DNA of 64,000 nucleotides. It comes from a virus. The stretch spans positions 63,709 through 127,708 of the IMG/VR virus record IMGVR_UViG_3300032087_006376; one strand, given 5' to 3'. The position numbers and the translations under genes were made by a program. Shown here one piece after another: positions 18,139 through 28,959 of the stretch. The first letter of the stretch is position 1, and the number at the start of each line of letters is the position of its first letter. Below the pieces are notes generated by a model. The model had not been told where the DNA came from. It saw only the letters and a program-made list of their open reading frames with translations, and made no database searches.

Positions 18139-18488
18139 GCTGGCGGATTTGGGTTAACTGTCGGATTAAATCCCGTCATAGTTACTGGGTGATCAATGCG
18201 ACCTGAAACTTGGTTTTTTAAATTTGCCCACCAATCATTTGCAGTTGCGTAATCATTACAGTAATTACTAATATTTGAATCTAATGTCGTTTTATCTATA
18301 TAAGGCATAAAACCAGTTGTTCCATCAACATAATTAGCAACATTAACTTCGTTTTCGTGGCTATCCACACCACTAAAAGTGCATGTTAAACCAACAACTA
18401 ATTTTTCTACGCCCGTTTCAGCAGAATCGCACCAAAAAGGTTCAATTCTTGAAAATTGGTATGTGTATTCTCCAGAAATATGTGACAT
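18135..18488 (-). CDS. Hypothetical protein (possibly late/structural)
   Basis: Lone minus-strand ORF with GTGTAA upstream at 18519-18514. Confidence 0.65.
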   Translation of the reverse strand: MSHISGEYTYQFSRIEPFWCDSAETGVEKLVVGLTCTFSGVDSHENEVNVANYVDGTTGFMPYIDKTTLDSNISNYCNDYATANDWWANLKNQVSGRIDHPVTMTGFNPTVNPNPPA

Positions 18489-18575
18489 AATATTTAAAAG
18501 TACTTTGTTTATATTACACGTATTTTAACATTTTTCTAGACAGAGAACAAAAATTAATGTAATATAATATGAAAA

Positions 18576-18650
18576 GCCAGTTTAGCTCAGTGGTAGAGCA
18601 GCAGTTTTGTAAACTGCTGGTCGTCGGTTCAAGTCCGACAACTGGCTCCA
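18576..18650 (+). tRNA. tRNA-Thr(TGT)
   Basis: GCCAGTT/AACTGGC, GCAGT-TTTGTAA-ACTGC, CCA. Confidence 0.95.
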
Positions 18651-18665
18651 AATTTTAAAAAATAA

Positions 18666-19268
18666 ATGAAAAAGTTAATTTTATCACTTTTATTGTCGAT
18701 TAGCTCTTTGAATGCTGATCATTTAAATTATCCTAGAAATATTATGTTCGATGACCCGAATGTAATTGTTTTTGTGAATGGCTTCAGGGTACACAGGATG
18801 ATCAACCCAGAAAATCTTGATGAGCCAAGTACTCATCGATTAGTCTTGTACTCTCCTGAATATCAGTGGGACGGCTTCAAAGTAAACGATATTCCTCGTT
18901 TTGTTTCTATACATGTTAAACATTCTAAATCTGACATGCAGCATACAGTTTTTAAAAGATTAATTGAATCTGTTCCTGATTCTCATGGAGGTTTTTTAAA
19001 ATTAAACTGTTTACTTGAAACAACAAGAAAAAACCCACATTTAACTAAACTCATTTTTAGATGGACTTTAGAAAACGCTAAACAATTTGGCGTTGTAGTT
19101 GGTCATGAGGTTATGAATGCTAATCCAGAAGAATATATGTCTTATAGACGTATCGTGGACGATGTAGCCCCAGAAATGGCTAATACCTTTGAATTAGGTT
19201 ATGTTTGGCTTAATCCTAGATTGGTTGGCCCCGGCGTACCCCTCATTGAAAGATTCGCTACAGAATAA
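18666..19268 (+). CDS. Hypothetical secreted protein
   Basis: Signal peptide MKKLILSLLLSISSLNA. Confidence 0.65.
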   Translation: MKKLILSLLLSISSLNADHLNYPRNIMFDDPNVIVFVNGFRVHRMINPENLDEPSTHRLVLYSPEYQWDGFKVNDIPRFVSIHVKHSKSDMQHTVFKRLIESVPDSHGGFLKLNCLLETTRKNPHLTKLIFRWTLENAKQFGVVVGHEVMNANPEEYMSYRRIVDDVAPEMANTFELGYVWLNPRLVGPGVPLIERFATE

Positions 19269-19904
19269 AAATTATGAGGCTAGATGTTTTAGAAGTTATA
19301 GAAAATAAAGATGGTACTTTATCATTTGAAGTAGATTATGATAGAGAATTTAAAAAAGAATTTGAGCGTAAATACAAAAAGCGCTTGACAAAAAAGTCTT
19401 TAACAGAGTATATTAATAAAGCTGTTGAAGCAAGTTATAAAGAAAGTAAAGATAATGAAAAATAGTACAGTATTATTATGGTGGTTCCTCTATATGGTAG
19501 TAGGAACTTTAGCGGCAATGGGCGGCGGATTCGTTTTCGGACTTGTAGCTGGAATGTTATCATTACCTGAACTCCCAATGATGGTAATTTTATTCCCAGT
19601 TTTATTCTATATCAATTTTATTGTTTATAGATGGTCAGTTAAGAAAATTGTAGAATCATAACATGAATAATTCAGATGTAAAGTATGATATTTGCGTCTG
19701 TTGTGGCACAGAATCGCAAGAACCAGAAGATCAACATGTAGATTATCGAAATTATTATGTTGATGGTACTGGACAACTCTGCGAAAAGTGCTATATTGAA
19801 GTATATGGCAATTACAGCCACTAATTTAAAAGACTAAATATATAATTCACTAACTCAACACACTCGATGTGTTTCACCAGTTTATTATAGTTTAGTCTTT
19901 TTTA

Positions 19905-19981
19905 GGGCCTTTAGCTCAGTTGGTTAGAGCATCCGACTCATAATCGGCAGGTCGCAGGTTCGAGCCCTGCAAGGCCCACCA
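19905..19981 (+). tRNA. tRNA(CAT), most likely Ile2 (lysidine type)
   Basis: GGGCCTT/AAGGCCC acceptor with C4-G69 and A73, CCGA-CTCATAA-TCGG; resembles bacterial Ile2 more than Met. Confidence 0.8.
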
Positions 19982-20313
19982 ATTTAACTTGAAAGATATA
20001 CAATTTTACTATTTTTGTTGCGCCGTACGTAGAATTGTGGCATATTTACTAATAATTCACTAAAATAAAATATTATGTTTAAAAGAATAGATTATTTCTT
20101 TATTATTGCAGCTTATCTATCATTCATGATGAGCGTCGCCCTTTGGTTCCTCAAAGATAAATCAGCAGGAATGTATGTTGGTTTATGGGTTCCTAGTATT
20201 TTGACCCTTTGGGTTGGCATCAAGCAAATCGTTTATAACAGAAAGAAATAACATGTTGTTTTCATTGTTTATGTTTGGCGTCGTCATGATGGGAATCGTC
20301 GCTTTAGGCATAA

Positions 20314-20742
20314 TTGAAGCGGGTGGATTTGATGACGATTAATTTGTATGACAATATTATGATTAAAGGTATTATAGTTGATTCAAAAATTAAAACGATC
20401 ACGCAAGTCAATATCGAAGAGATTCTGGCAGGTGATTGGGAAAGAAGTTGGAAAGTAACAATTGGCAATATTATAGAATCAAAGAAGATCGCAAAAGTCA
20501 TCGTTGATGATCAGAATGCAATCTATTTAGATTCAGCATTACTTTCTGATCCAGACAAACTTATTGAGCGGAGTGCAGAAGTTTGGTCTTGGTTGGGTCA
20601 GGATAGGTCATTTGTTGGCAAAGGGCTTCTTCTAGGGCATTCACAAGATAGTGATGTCCCGACCAGTACTTCCTTCGTTCCTAGTCGAGTAGGAGAGTAT
20701 GCTTCTCTAGCAGAAACTGAAATTGTAGAACTAGACTCTTAA
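20314..20742 (+). CDS. Hypothetical phage protein
   Basis: 142-aa ORF. Confidence 0.55.
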   Translation: MKRVDLMTINLYDNIMIKGIIVDSKIKTITQVNIEEILAGDWERSWKVTIGNIIESKKIAKVIVDDQNAIYLDSALLSDPDKLIERSAEVWSWLGQDRSFVGKGLLLGHSQDSDVPTSTSFVPSRVGEYASLAETEIVELDS

Positions 20743-20768
20743 TAGCATGTAATTGATACATATTTAAC

Positions 20769-21062
20769 ATGAAAAAGAATATTTACTTAGCCTTTTTATT
20801 CTTAAGTTTATCAACAGCGTGTTCCCAAAAGTTTAATATTCATGATCCGCTGCCAACTTATTGGCAAGTGAAATACAATGAAAAAAACTACAACGATGTT
20901 AATAAACAATTACAGGATAAACTAAACCAAATAGATGAACAAGTGCAAAAATTAAAACAAAAAGATTGGAGCACTAATGTTCATGGTATTTATGCTAACA
21001 TTCAAACAGTTCGCAATAAAAAAATAGTTCCGATTCAAACTTTCGAAGTAGACGATTTATAA
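20769..21062 (+). CDS. Putative lipoprotein
   Basis: Signal peptide ending LSTAC. Confidence 0.6.
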   Translation: MKKNIYLAFLFLSLSTACSQKFNIHDPLPTYWQVKYNEKNYNDVNKQLQDKLNQIDEQVQKLKQKDWSTNVHGIYANIQTVRNKKIVPIQTFEVDDL

Positions 21063-21513
21063 TATGGCTCACCTAATTAAATTAACTGATTACCAAACTG
21101 GAGAAGAAGTTCTTTATAATTTAGATACCGTTGTCTCAATAGAGCGTGTAAAAGATTCTACAGTGATTACAACACGTTGGGGCAGAAATCAAGTAAAAGA
21201 AACGCTTGATTATATTTATAAAGCCTCTGTTTCTAGCAATGTCTAATGTAGATATATTTTCTGACGGCAAAATTCAATTTGATAAACCAAAAGCCGATCC
21301 TAAACCTGATGGGGTTTATATCGGCAAAAAGCATAAATATCTGAGTTACGGTCAAACTGGATACGCTCTTTGGGACGGCAAGTGGCAGCTTCAGTTTTAC
21401 CCTGATGGTGAACCACGAAATGTATGCTTCAAAATAGCGAAGAAAGATTTCTGGTGGACGGACAAAAAAGAGTATTGCGACCGGTGAAGTTTGTGTTATG
21501 TTGATTAACGAGT

Positions 21514-21939
21514 ATGACACAGCTAGACTTGTTTCCAGAACATGTATCTTTGGAGCCTAACTGTGACACCAAAGTCTGCAAGAAGTGCGACGAGACTTTG
21601 CCAATCTCAGCCTACAGCTTTAGTGGGGGAGGCAAATACCGTAGGACAGAGTGCAAAAGATGCAACAATCGTCTCAGCAAAGAAAGGCATGAGATCAAGC
21701 TTGAGTATGGAAATGCTCCAGAAGATCACAAGTGCCCGATTTGCAAAAGAAGCGCAGAAGAGTGTCAAGGTGAAGGCAACAGGAGGAACGGAGCTTGGGT
21801 CGTTGATCACGACCACAAGACAAACCAATTCAGAGATTGGCTTTGCCATTCTTGCAACAGGAACATAGGCTCATTCAAAGATGACCCAGAATTGCTGGAG
21901 AGAGCTATAGAGTATCTTCGAAAGCATAAGCCAGTTTGA
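21514..21939 (+). CDS. Endonuclease VII-like (His-Me finger) nuclease
   Basis: CPIC...VVDHDHKT..FRDWLCHSCN..IG.FKDD.ELLERAIEYL. Confidence 0.9.
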   Translation: MTQLDLFPEHVSLEPNCDTKVCKKCDETLPISAYSFSGGGKYRRTECKRCNNRLSKERHEIKLEYGNAPEDHKCPICKRSAEECQGEGNRRNGAWVVDHDHKTNQFRDWLCHSCNRNIGSFKDDPELLERAIEYLRKHKPV

Positions 21940-22368
21940 CCAATGTGTTTTAATCCATACATAGACGATACAAACTTAATAAAAAATATGAAACTAGTAA
22001 AACAAGTAAATTTTAAATTAGTAGATAAAGAGGGCAATGAATTTTACGTCAAAACTACGGAAGAAGATAAATTTATTGAATATTGCTTTTGTACGGATCC
22101 AGATGAGGATCCCGTTTTCGTTTTTACTAAAGAAGATTTGAAACAGCTAGTAGAAAATCTATCATAAAATATATGGACTTGTTAAGCTCTATTACTTGCG
22201 TAGGCGCAGCTATTATTTTAGGCGTCGCACTTTTAACTGTTCGAGATCAACAGCAAAAAATGTACGAGCTTGAGCAAAGGATTTTTTATATTGAAGATCT
22301 TTTAATTGATCGTTTGTATGGACCTGAATTCTATGAAAATAGACAGGTCAACTTTAATAATTACTAAC

Positions 22369-23034
22369 ATGAAAAAAGATATTTTTTCTGTAGATTTTTG
22401 GGAATTTGATTTGCCTGATCACCCAAAAATACAAAAACATTTATTAGACTATATAGTTTCCGACGAAGGAACAAGACAAAAACTAGAAGAATCAACACAA
22501 ACAAACATTTCTCAAGAAACATATGGTGGACAAGAATATTTAATCGGAGATTTTTTCTTTCAAACAATTAATGATAAAGTATATGAAGTAGAAACAGCAC
22601 CACTTAAAAATTTTTTAGTAGAAAGAATTTTAAATCTTTTAAAAAATGTAGAAAAAGAACACGATTGGTGCGAAGGACATTGGGGCGATTTGCGATATTG
22701 GTTGAATATAAATAGGAAAAACGTTTTCAATCCGCCACATTTACATCCAGAGTCTCATTATTCTGGAGTATATTATGTTAAAGTTCCAGAAAATTGCCCT
22801 GCAATCCATTTTTTAGATCCTAGACCTGCTCATATATATTCTTTACCTGATATAAATATAACTACCGGAAATGCTTTTTCAAACAATAATAAGTATGACA
22901 GCAGTATTTATACTTATCAACCAGTTGAAGGTAAAGTTGTTGTATTTCCATCTTATTTAATGCATTATGTTGATCCTAACCCAGAAGAAAACATTAGAAT
23001 CTCTTTAGCTTTTAATGTAAAATATATAAACTAA
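22369..23034 (+). CDS. 2OG-Fe(II) oxygenase (TIGR02466-like)
   Basis: W.NIN....FNPPHLHP.SHYSGVYY, FLDPRP, FPSYLMHYV, RISLAFN; ATG at 22369 preferred. Confidence 0.88.
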   Translation: MKKDIFSVDFWEFDLPDHPKIQKHLLDYIVSDEGTRQKLEESTQTNISQETYGGQEYLIGDFFFQTINDKVYEVETAPLKNFLVERILNLLKNVEKEHDWCEGHWGDLRYWLNINRKNVFNPPHLHPESHYSGVYYVKVPENCPAIHFLDPRPAHIYSLPDINITTGNAFSNNNKYDSSIYTYQPVEGKVVVFPSYLMHYVDPNPEENIRISLAFNVKYIN

Positions 23035-23465
23035 AGCTATTAAAAAAGATTAACATGGAAGAAAGCGAAGCTTGGCGTAAGGAAGGCGACGAAAAACCTT
23101 GGACAGAGGTTAAAGAAACAAATGAAAGATTTGTTTTACAGCTTGACATCCGAGAATTAGGGACTATGTTGGTAATGCTTGGATCTAATTTAGCGTCTTC
23201 AGACGTTGAGTCAACCAGAGAGAGATCTTTAAAGTTAACAGAAAAGTTCATAGAAAAATGGAAACACTTGGAAAAATAAAGATGTTTGGATTTGATGTGG
23301 TATGTATGGAATACGAACTGATAATCTACGATAAATTAAATAAACTTGATTCTCCTCATAAAGAACGCCAGCTTTTTACCAAGTTGGTTCGATATTTTCT
23401 AGCCGAAGAGTTATTTTACAGGCCCGATAGACCTGAATTCCCGTTCGATTACCATGTAATAAGAA

Positions 23466-24071
23466 ATGAATAACTGCTGCTCCATCTTAGATGACTGTCT
23501 AGACAAAAGCTTTGTAGAAGAGCTTAATGCTGGCATATTACATGATAGGTTTGACTCGTTTTTTGTAAAAAAAGATGATGTAGACCCTAATGTTAACATT
23601 TGGCATAAAGCAATACATAAAATTTGGTTTGAAAAACTAAAAGATCTAAATGAAAAAATATTTGGTTACGAAGTTTGGTATAATACTTTAAGTGAATCTA
23701 CAAATTTAGGCCTTCATGTGGATTGCGATGAAGAACATTTTGAACAGACAAATGGAAAGCTTAGGCACCCTAATTTTACATCCGTATTGTACACAGGCCC
23801 TCAAAATAGCATTTCTGGCGGTCAGCTAGCTATTAATTTAGAAAAATGCATCGAATATATAGAAGAGTTAACAGATTTCTCATCTATTCATCTAGATGAT
23901 ATTGCAAAAGATAATAAAAATTGGTTAAAAATTGAATATAAATATAACAGACTAGTTCTTTTTGGATCAGGACATCCACATCTCGTTTTGCCTATGCAGG
24001 GGATTTCAGATTTGAAACCAAGAACTGGATTAACTATTGCAGCATGGAGTCATCAAATAAATATTCTATGA
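23466..24071 (+). CDS. 2OG-Fe(II) oxygenase (prolyl-hydroxylase-like)
   Basis: LHVDCDE, TSVLY, GGQL, NRLVLF...HPH. Confidence 0.75.
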   Translation: MNNCCSILDDCLDKSFVEELNAGILHDRFDSFFVKKDDVDPNVNIWHKAIHKIWFEKLKDLNEKIFGYEVWYNTLSESTNLGLHVDCDEEHFEQTNGKLRHPNFTSVLYTGPQNSISGGQLAINLEKCIEYIEELTDFSSIHLDDIAKDNKNWLKIEYKYNRLVLFGSGHPHLVLPMQGISDLKPRTGLTIAAWSHQINIL

Positions 24072-24334
24072 GCGCATGGCCTGAAATAATAAAAGAAGAG
24101 TTATCTTGCATAAATGAGCAAGCTTTGCTTGCTGATGGTTTTGATGATGCACTTATTGGCATTGATATGGTTGATTTTGTCGCCGTATACGACACCTTTA
24201 AATGCATAGAAATCCTCGTAGAGACCTCTAGCATGACTTTTAAGGAAGCGGAGGAGTATTTTGAGACAAATACCCTTAGCGCTTACGTAGGCGAGCACAC
24301 ACCTCGATTTGTGAAGATTTACAACACGATATGA
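24044..24334 (+). CDS. Conserved phage hypothetical protein
   Basis: LLADGFDDALIG...AVYD...EAEEYF..N.L.AYVGE.TP.F. Confidence 0.7.
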   Translation: MESSNKYSMSAWPEIIKEELSCINEQALLADGFDDALIGIDMVDFVAVYDTFKCIEILVETSSMTFKEAEEYFETNTLSAYVGEHTPRFVKIYNTI

Positions 24335-24481
24335 CACTAATATTATCCATTGTATTAAATAATATAGAAATAAACTATGCTTGTGTTGATCAGCACATAG
24401 ATGCTAAGTTTAGAACATATGAAGAAGCAAATAAATATGTTGAATATTATAAACCACATCATAATTATGCGATAATACCAT

Positions 24482-24862
24482 TTGCCACTTTCAAAAAGGA
24501 TGGCAAAGACTAGTCATATATTCGCTTTTCAAACAAGTAAAGATTTAAAGATGCCTTATGAAGATCTTAAGGTCATCTTATATGACAAGTTTTATGAGCC
24601 CAACGCTAAAAAAATATTTCTAAATTGGGCGGACGAATTCGAGAAAGAGAGCGCCGCTAACAAAGAAAAGTTTTTAAAAATTTTCGAAGCGTTTGATTAC
24701 GATGCTAGAGTCTTTGATGACATCGTATATTGCATTTGTTTATATACAAGTCAAATATCAGATATAGTAAGCTTAGGTGATTACTCGTATATCTATTACA
24801 TAATAAAGCCAACTATGTCAAAGCAAATAGAAACCATAGTAAATAATGTATTAGAATTGTAA
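24482..24862 (+). CDS. Hypothetical protein
   Basis: ORF track. Confidence 0.5.
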   Translation: MPLSKRMAKTSHIFAFQTSKDLKMPYEDLKVILYDKFYEPNAKKIFLNWADEFEKESAANKEKFLKIFEAFDYDARVFDDIVYCICLYTSQISDIVSLGDYSYIYYIIKPTMSKQIETIVNNVLEL

Positions 24863-25282
24863 AATTCACATTGAATGGCCGCTAAGTAATAAAGTAATAA
24901 GAATTTTACATGTACAAATAATACATAATGTTGTTAGTGTATTAATTATTAGTGTTGTTCTGTTAAATATTGTTTTTTACTATGTATCGTGATTTCTTAG
25001 CCATTTTATGCAGTTTTCTGTTGCTTTCAAGCTTAATAGGTCTTATTTATCTAGTGTGTCTAATTGTGTTGCGTTAGCCCAAAATATCCCATTTTTCCCA
25101 ATAAATATACTGTTTTATATACATGTACATATACAGACAAATAAGAAGAATATATACATATAACATATAAGATAATAACAAGATAGTAATAAGATAGTAA
25201 TAAATAAAAAAAGATAGAAATTTTAAAGGTATGACTTCTTCTATTATTTATTCAAATAAAGAAGTAGAAGATAATTAATAAT

Positions 25283-25576
25283 ATGAATTATAAAATAATG
25301 ACAATAATACATAAATATGGTTTGTGTTATTCTATGTGTTTGTTTGTAATGTTGTTACTACATAACGAAATAAAGCCAAATAATTTGAATTTTTATTTGT
25401 TTGTGTTTTGTTCTTGTTTAAATATGTATTTTATATTCCATAGAGGGATGTTGTTTGCAATGATGAAGCAAAGTGATATTACTCTCATGAAAGCAGAAAT
25501 AATTGAAAAAATAGCTAAAGATACAATGCGCGAAATTGAGCAAGAAGAGGAAGAAGAGAAAAATAAGCTAAACTAA
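25283..25576 (+). CDS. Membrane protein
   Basis: Two hydrophobic segments and an acidic tail. Confidence 0.5.
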   Translation: MNYKIMTIIHKYGLCYSMCLFVMLLLHNEIKPNNLNFYLFVFCSCLNMYFIFHRGMLFAMMKQSDITLMKAEIIEKIAKDTMREIEQEEEEEKNKLN

Positions 25577-25789
25577 ATTAGCAATAGCGTAATATACATA
25601 TACAAATAACCAAAATAAAATAATAAATAAATTATCTAGTTCATTATCATTCATATTAAATGGCCGCGAATAAATAATAAGTAAATAAACACATCTAATA
25701 TTAAATACACTTAATAAATATTTGTTTGTTTTTGTTGATTTTTGATTGTTTTTGTTTATATTTGTTGTTTTTTCTGTAATATATAATAT

Positions 25790-26143
25790 ATGAGATTTAA
25801 GCAGCAAGTATTATTAAAACATGAGCACGGCATCACCGCGCAGTGGATCAGTGAGGACTGGAGCTGGATGGCCATCGCCACGTACTACCAGCAAGAAAAA
25901 GAAGGTAAAAATGTTGATGGCGAAATCGTTAAATATAAGACATGGGTATTAGGTAATTGCAGCGGCCCTTGGACTGGCGTCACCCCTGATGGCAAAGAAC
26001 TAACACTTGTAGAAGGATATGAACAAGAAAGAGATCAAGTATCAGGCGAAGCCACATTAATATTAACATGTATTAACGCTACAATAAATGGTAATAATGC
26101 ATTAAATAGTATATGGAAAGCAACTAAAATAGGATTTGAATAA
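25790..26143 (+). CDS. Hypothetical protein
   Basis: ORF with protein-like composition. Confidence 0.65.
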   Translation: MRFKQQVLLKHEHGITAQWISEDWSWMAIATYYQQEKEGKNVDGEIVKYKTWVLGNCSGPWTGVTPDGKELTLVEGYEQERDQVSGEATLILTCINATINGNNALNSIWKATKIGFE

Positions 26144-26178
26144 AGTCAAATAATGTGCAAAAAAATGCTTAATAACAC

Positions 26179-26207
26179 TTGACAAATATACAGTAATATG
26201 ATAGATT
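26179..26207 (+). promoter_or_regulatory. Sigma70-type promoter
   Basis: TTGACA-17 bp-TAGATT with TG extension; ATG 9 nt downstream. Confidence 0.8.
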
Positions 26208-26216
26208 CATTCTTGT

Positions 26217-26447
26217 ATGACAAATAAATTAGTTAATACATTGAATAAGACAGGTGGTCGTTTTACCACCCTAGTAGTAAATCGCGCCAAGGGACAGCAT
26301 ACCTATTGCGCTCGCATCAAGTCAGCGACTGAGAAGATGGTATCATTCTTTGATGTCAATAGCAAGATGAATCGCCGCGTTGACACAGACCGTATCGTGT
26401 TTGCGCGTTCTGGCAAGGCTCAATATCGTAAGCCTCGTACCAAGTAA
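26217..26447 (+). CDS. Small basic early protein
   Basis: Own promoter and terminator. Confidence 0.7.
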   Translation: MTNKLVNTLNKTGGRFTTLVVNRAKGQHTYCARIKSATEKMVSFFDVNSKMNRRVDTDRIVFARSGKAQYRKPRTK

Positions 26448-26473
26448 TAATAAATAATAACAATTACTCACGT

Positions 26474-26501
26474 AACCCACAGGGCAACCTGTGGGTTTTT
26501 T
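26474..26501 (+). terminator. Intrinsic terminator
   Basis: AACCCACAGG-gcaa-CCTGTGGGTT followed by T run. Confidence 0.85.
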
Positions 26502-26776
26502 GTTTTGATTATAAATAAAGCGCGGCCAAATAAATAACAAATATCTATCTAATATCTAATAAATAATATTCAAATACTGTTTGATTACAAATCAAATAAA
26601 GCCAAATAATGAACAAATAAACGCTTAATAACAATACTCAAATATAAAACACTAAATATAGAACGTCAAATATATATAGCCAAATAAACATATATAATAT
26701 ATATACATATATAGATAAAAATTAAAAAATATAAAGTGTTGATAATGAAAGACTTACAGAATTAAAAATTGCTTGC

Positions 26777-26882
26777 GTAAGTTGTTGATAATGAAGGACT
26801 TACAAAAATTCGCCCCCGCCGCCGCCCTAAGTCCTTGCTGCGCAACGACTTAGAGATATTCTTAGAGCATGTGCCGTGCCAA
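26777..26882 (-). repeat. Phased palindrome-pair element, copy 1 (inverted orientation)
   Basis: 27-bp palindromes at 26777 and 26827; GTGCCAA at 26876; extra degenerate palindrome at 26731. Confidence 0.85.
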
Positions 26883-26891
26883 GCTATGCAC

Positions 26892-26917
26892 AAAAAAGGC
26901 CCCCTTTCGGGGGCCTT
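26892..26917 (-). terminator. Intrinsic terminator (minus strand)
   Basis: AAGGCCCCC-gaaa-GGGGGCCTT plus T6 on the minus strand. Confidence 0.85.
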
Positions 26918-26936
26918 GTGGTGCGTTTATGCTTGA

Positions 26937-28001
26937 CTAGTTAGCCAGAGCAATCTGGTTCTGGGTCTCCTGCTCGACCTTGCGACCGATCTCCCTTAGG
27001 TTTTTGAACCCAGTTGGATTGAACGCTGGCTTCTCTTCCAGAGTTTTAGGGGTCGTGAACAGGTGCTTGAAGAAGTCCTGCTTGGCGCGGTTACCAGCGC
27101 CAAAGTTGCTAGACTCGTTCTGTTTCATGCGGAACCCGTCCTTCTCTTGACCTCCAGAGGATTCGTGGCTGTAGTAATCAGTCACGGCTGAGAAGGCGTC
27201 CAGTAAGGTTTCGCCCTTGTTACCTGCGCCAGTTACAAACAAGCTGCCAAGACGTTCGACCGTGTTACGGGTCCGCGTGGACATTACCTTATCTTTGCTG
27301 TCCTTCATGATCCAACCAGTGAAAGCTTCAGAAGCTTCTTCGCGGTTGACAGGAACAGTGGCGGCAACTTCCATTGCGTGTTTGAATTGTTTGGCAACGC
27401 CGATGAAGGATTCGATGCCCTTTTCCATGTTCTCGATGCCCTCGATCATGTTTTTGGAGTGGCGGACTTTGAATCGGAAAAGCCCAGACTTATCCTGCAT
27501 AGCAGCGTTGAAGCTGTTTTGGCAGACAATGCAAACCGAGGTGTTCACGCCGTAAAGCGAAGAACTCATGTCGATGCTGTCCAACAGGCAGAAGCGATTC
27601 TTGAATTCACGCTGTCCGACATAGAACTGATCCATGTCAGTGCCCAGAGCCACGGTGATGTAGCGTCGCGCACGATTCTTGAATGTGCCAACATTCTCAA
27701 CCTTGGCATCCGTGCCGCCAACGGAATTCTGGACGATCTCCCAGAAACGCTGATTGCTCAAGTGCTGATAACTATCTGGCACAGGTTTGCCAGTGAAGTC
27801 GCCAGTATCAGAGCATCGAAGCGCCCAGTATTTGGTTCCATTGAAGTTGGCGTGATTTTCTGAATCATCAAACAGGGGCACACGTTCAAGTTCGTATGGA
27901 AACGCATTGTCGAAAGTGATTTCTTCGACAGTGTTCTTACTGACCCAGCCAGCACGGGTGGAGATGTAGTGATCGGTGTTTTTGCTTGTATTTTTAGGCA
28001 T
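26937..28001 (-). CDS. DUF932 / TIGR03299-like phage-plasmid protein
   Basis: Y..LSNQRF..IV, E.VG.FKN.AR.Y, LL.S.D.S.S...VN..V..VC.N, RHSKN, GETL.DAFSAVTDYYSH. Confidence 0.8.
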   Translation of the reverse strand: MPKNTSKNTDHYISTRAGWVSKNTVEEITFDNAFPYELERVPLFDDSENHANFNGTKYWALRCSDTGDFTGKPVPDSYQHLSNQRFWEIVQNSVGGTDAKVENVGTFKNRARRYITVALGTDMDQFYVGQREFKNRFCLLDSIDMSSSLYGVNTSVCIVCQNSFNAAMQDKSGLFRFKVRHSKNMIEGIENMEKGIESFIGVAKQFKHAMEVAATVPVNREEASEAFTGWIMKDSKDKVMSTRTRNTVERLGSLFVTGAGNKGETLLDAFSAVTDYYSHESSGGQEKDGFRMKQNESSNFGAGNRAKQDFFKHLFTTPKTLEEKPAFNPTGFKNLREIGRKVEQETQNQIALAN

Positions 28002-28139
28002 ATTTATTTTTCTAATTTAGTGTTGAACTTGTTATTTAACTTACTCAAAAAATTTACCATACATTTTTAGCCATTGCAAATTTTTTCTTCATTTATTTTC
28101 GCATCCATACCCCTATACAAGAATCATGCCAACCGTAGG

Positions 28140-28246
28140 TTGGCATGATGTGTGCTTACATGTATCGTTGTAAGTTGCTTATTATCAAGGACTTACGGCG
28201 GCGGGGGGGAGCGATTTTCCTAAGTCTCTGATTATCAAGGACTTAG
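28140..28246 (+). repeat. Phased palindrome-pair element, copy 2
   Basis: TTGGCAT at 28140; palindromes at 28170 and 28220; also a perfect 12-bp inverted repeat at 28123-28149. Confidence 0.85.
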
Positions 28247-28257
28247 GAGTGAGATTG

Positions 28258-28620
28258 TTAGGATTTTTTCCTTGACCTAGCTTGATTGAGGCGCTTGGTG
28301 CGGATCGTTCTACCTTTAACCATGCGCCATGTTCCAGTTTGAGCTTGTGGATTTCGATTGTCTTCCGCCCACTTTTTGCGCTCATCGCCAAGGTGACGCT
28401 CTTCCCAAAATTCATGCTCGCCATTTTTGACATCATCGCCAAAAGCTGAATCCCTGCCAGTCACACGCCGTGCATATTCAAAGTCGGGTCCTGAAGTATC
28501 TCCTTGTGAAACATGCCCTTCGTCAAGTTGATCTCGATAGTCGCACAATGGATCATGCCCGAAATGCTCAGCGTTGTCGATGTAGTTGTCGCGGATTGAG
28601 TAGTCGTCTTGGTGTCTCAT
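28258..28620 (-). CDS. Early protein with acidic N-terminal and basic C-terminal part
   Basis: TTGCCT-16-TAATCT promoter upstream. Confidence 0.65.
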   Translation of the reverse strand: MRHQDDYSIRDNYIDNAEHFGHDPLCDYRDQLDEGHVSQGDTSGPDFEYARRVTGRDSAFGDDVKNGEHEFWEERHLGDERKKWAEDNRNPQAQTGTWRMVKGRTIRTKRLNQARSRKKS

Positions 28621-28959
28621 ATGCCTTCAAGATTAACCTCTTTTTGAAAACAGGCAAGAAAAAAATCACTCTCAATACAAAAAAAGACCCCCTCTTTTCA
28701 GAGGGGGGTGATAACCAACAATATAGATAATGTATAAAAATACTTTATAAGTCTACCACCATTCAGCAAACATGTCAACTTTTCTTTCTATTTGTTTTAG
28801 TCTTGGTTGCACATGGCTAAAACCACCATGAGAACCACCCAACTAGCAACGGTTAGCATTGTTTTAATTTTGCCCCCACCTTGAGGGCAAATCCTATACT
28901 CAATCATATTCATGATTGGTTGAAGTGGTTTTACGCTCATCGACGCACAGAGTCAAGCG

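Noticed and set aside
24863-25282. AT-rich low-complexity gap as ncRNA or origin
   Set aside because: No recurring structure or motif could be supported by eye.
27217-27955. Overlapping ORFs within the DUF932-like gene (27217+, 27378+, 27758-)
   Set aside because: Antisense or alternate-frame shadows in GC-richer sequence; no motifs or promoters.
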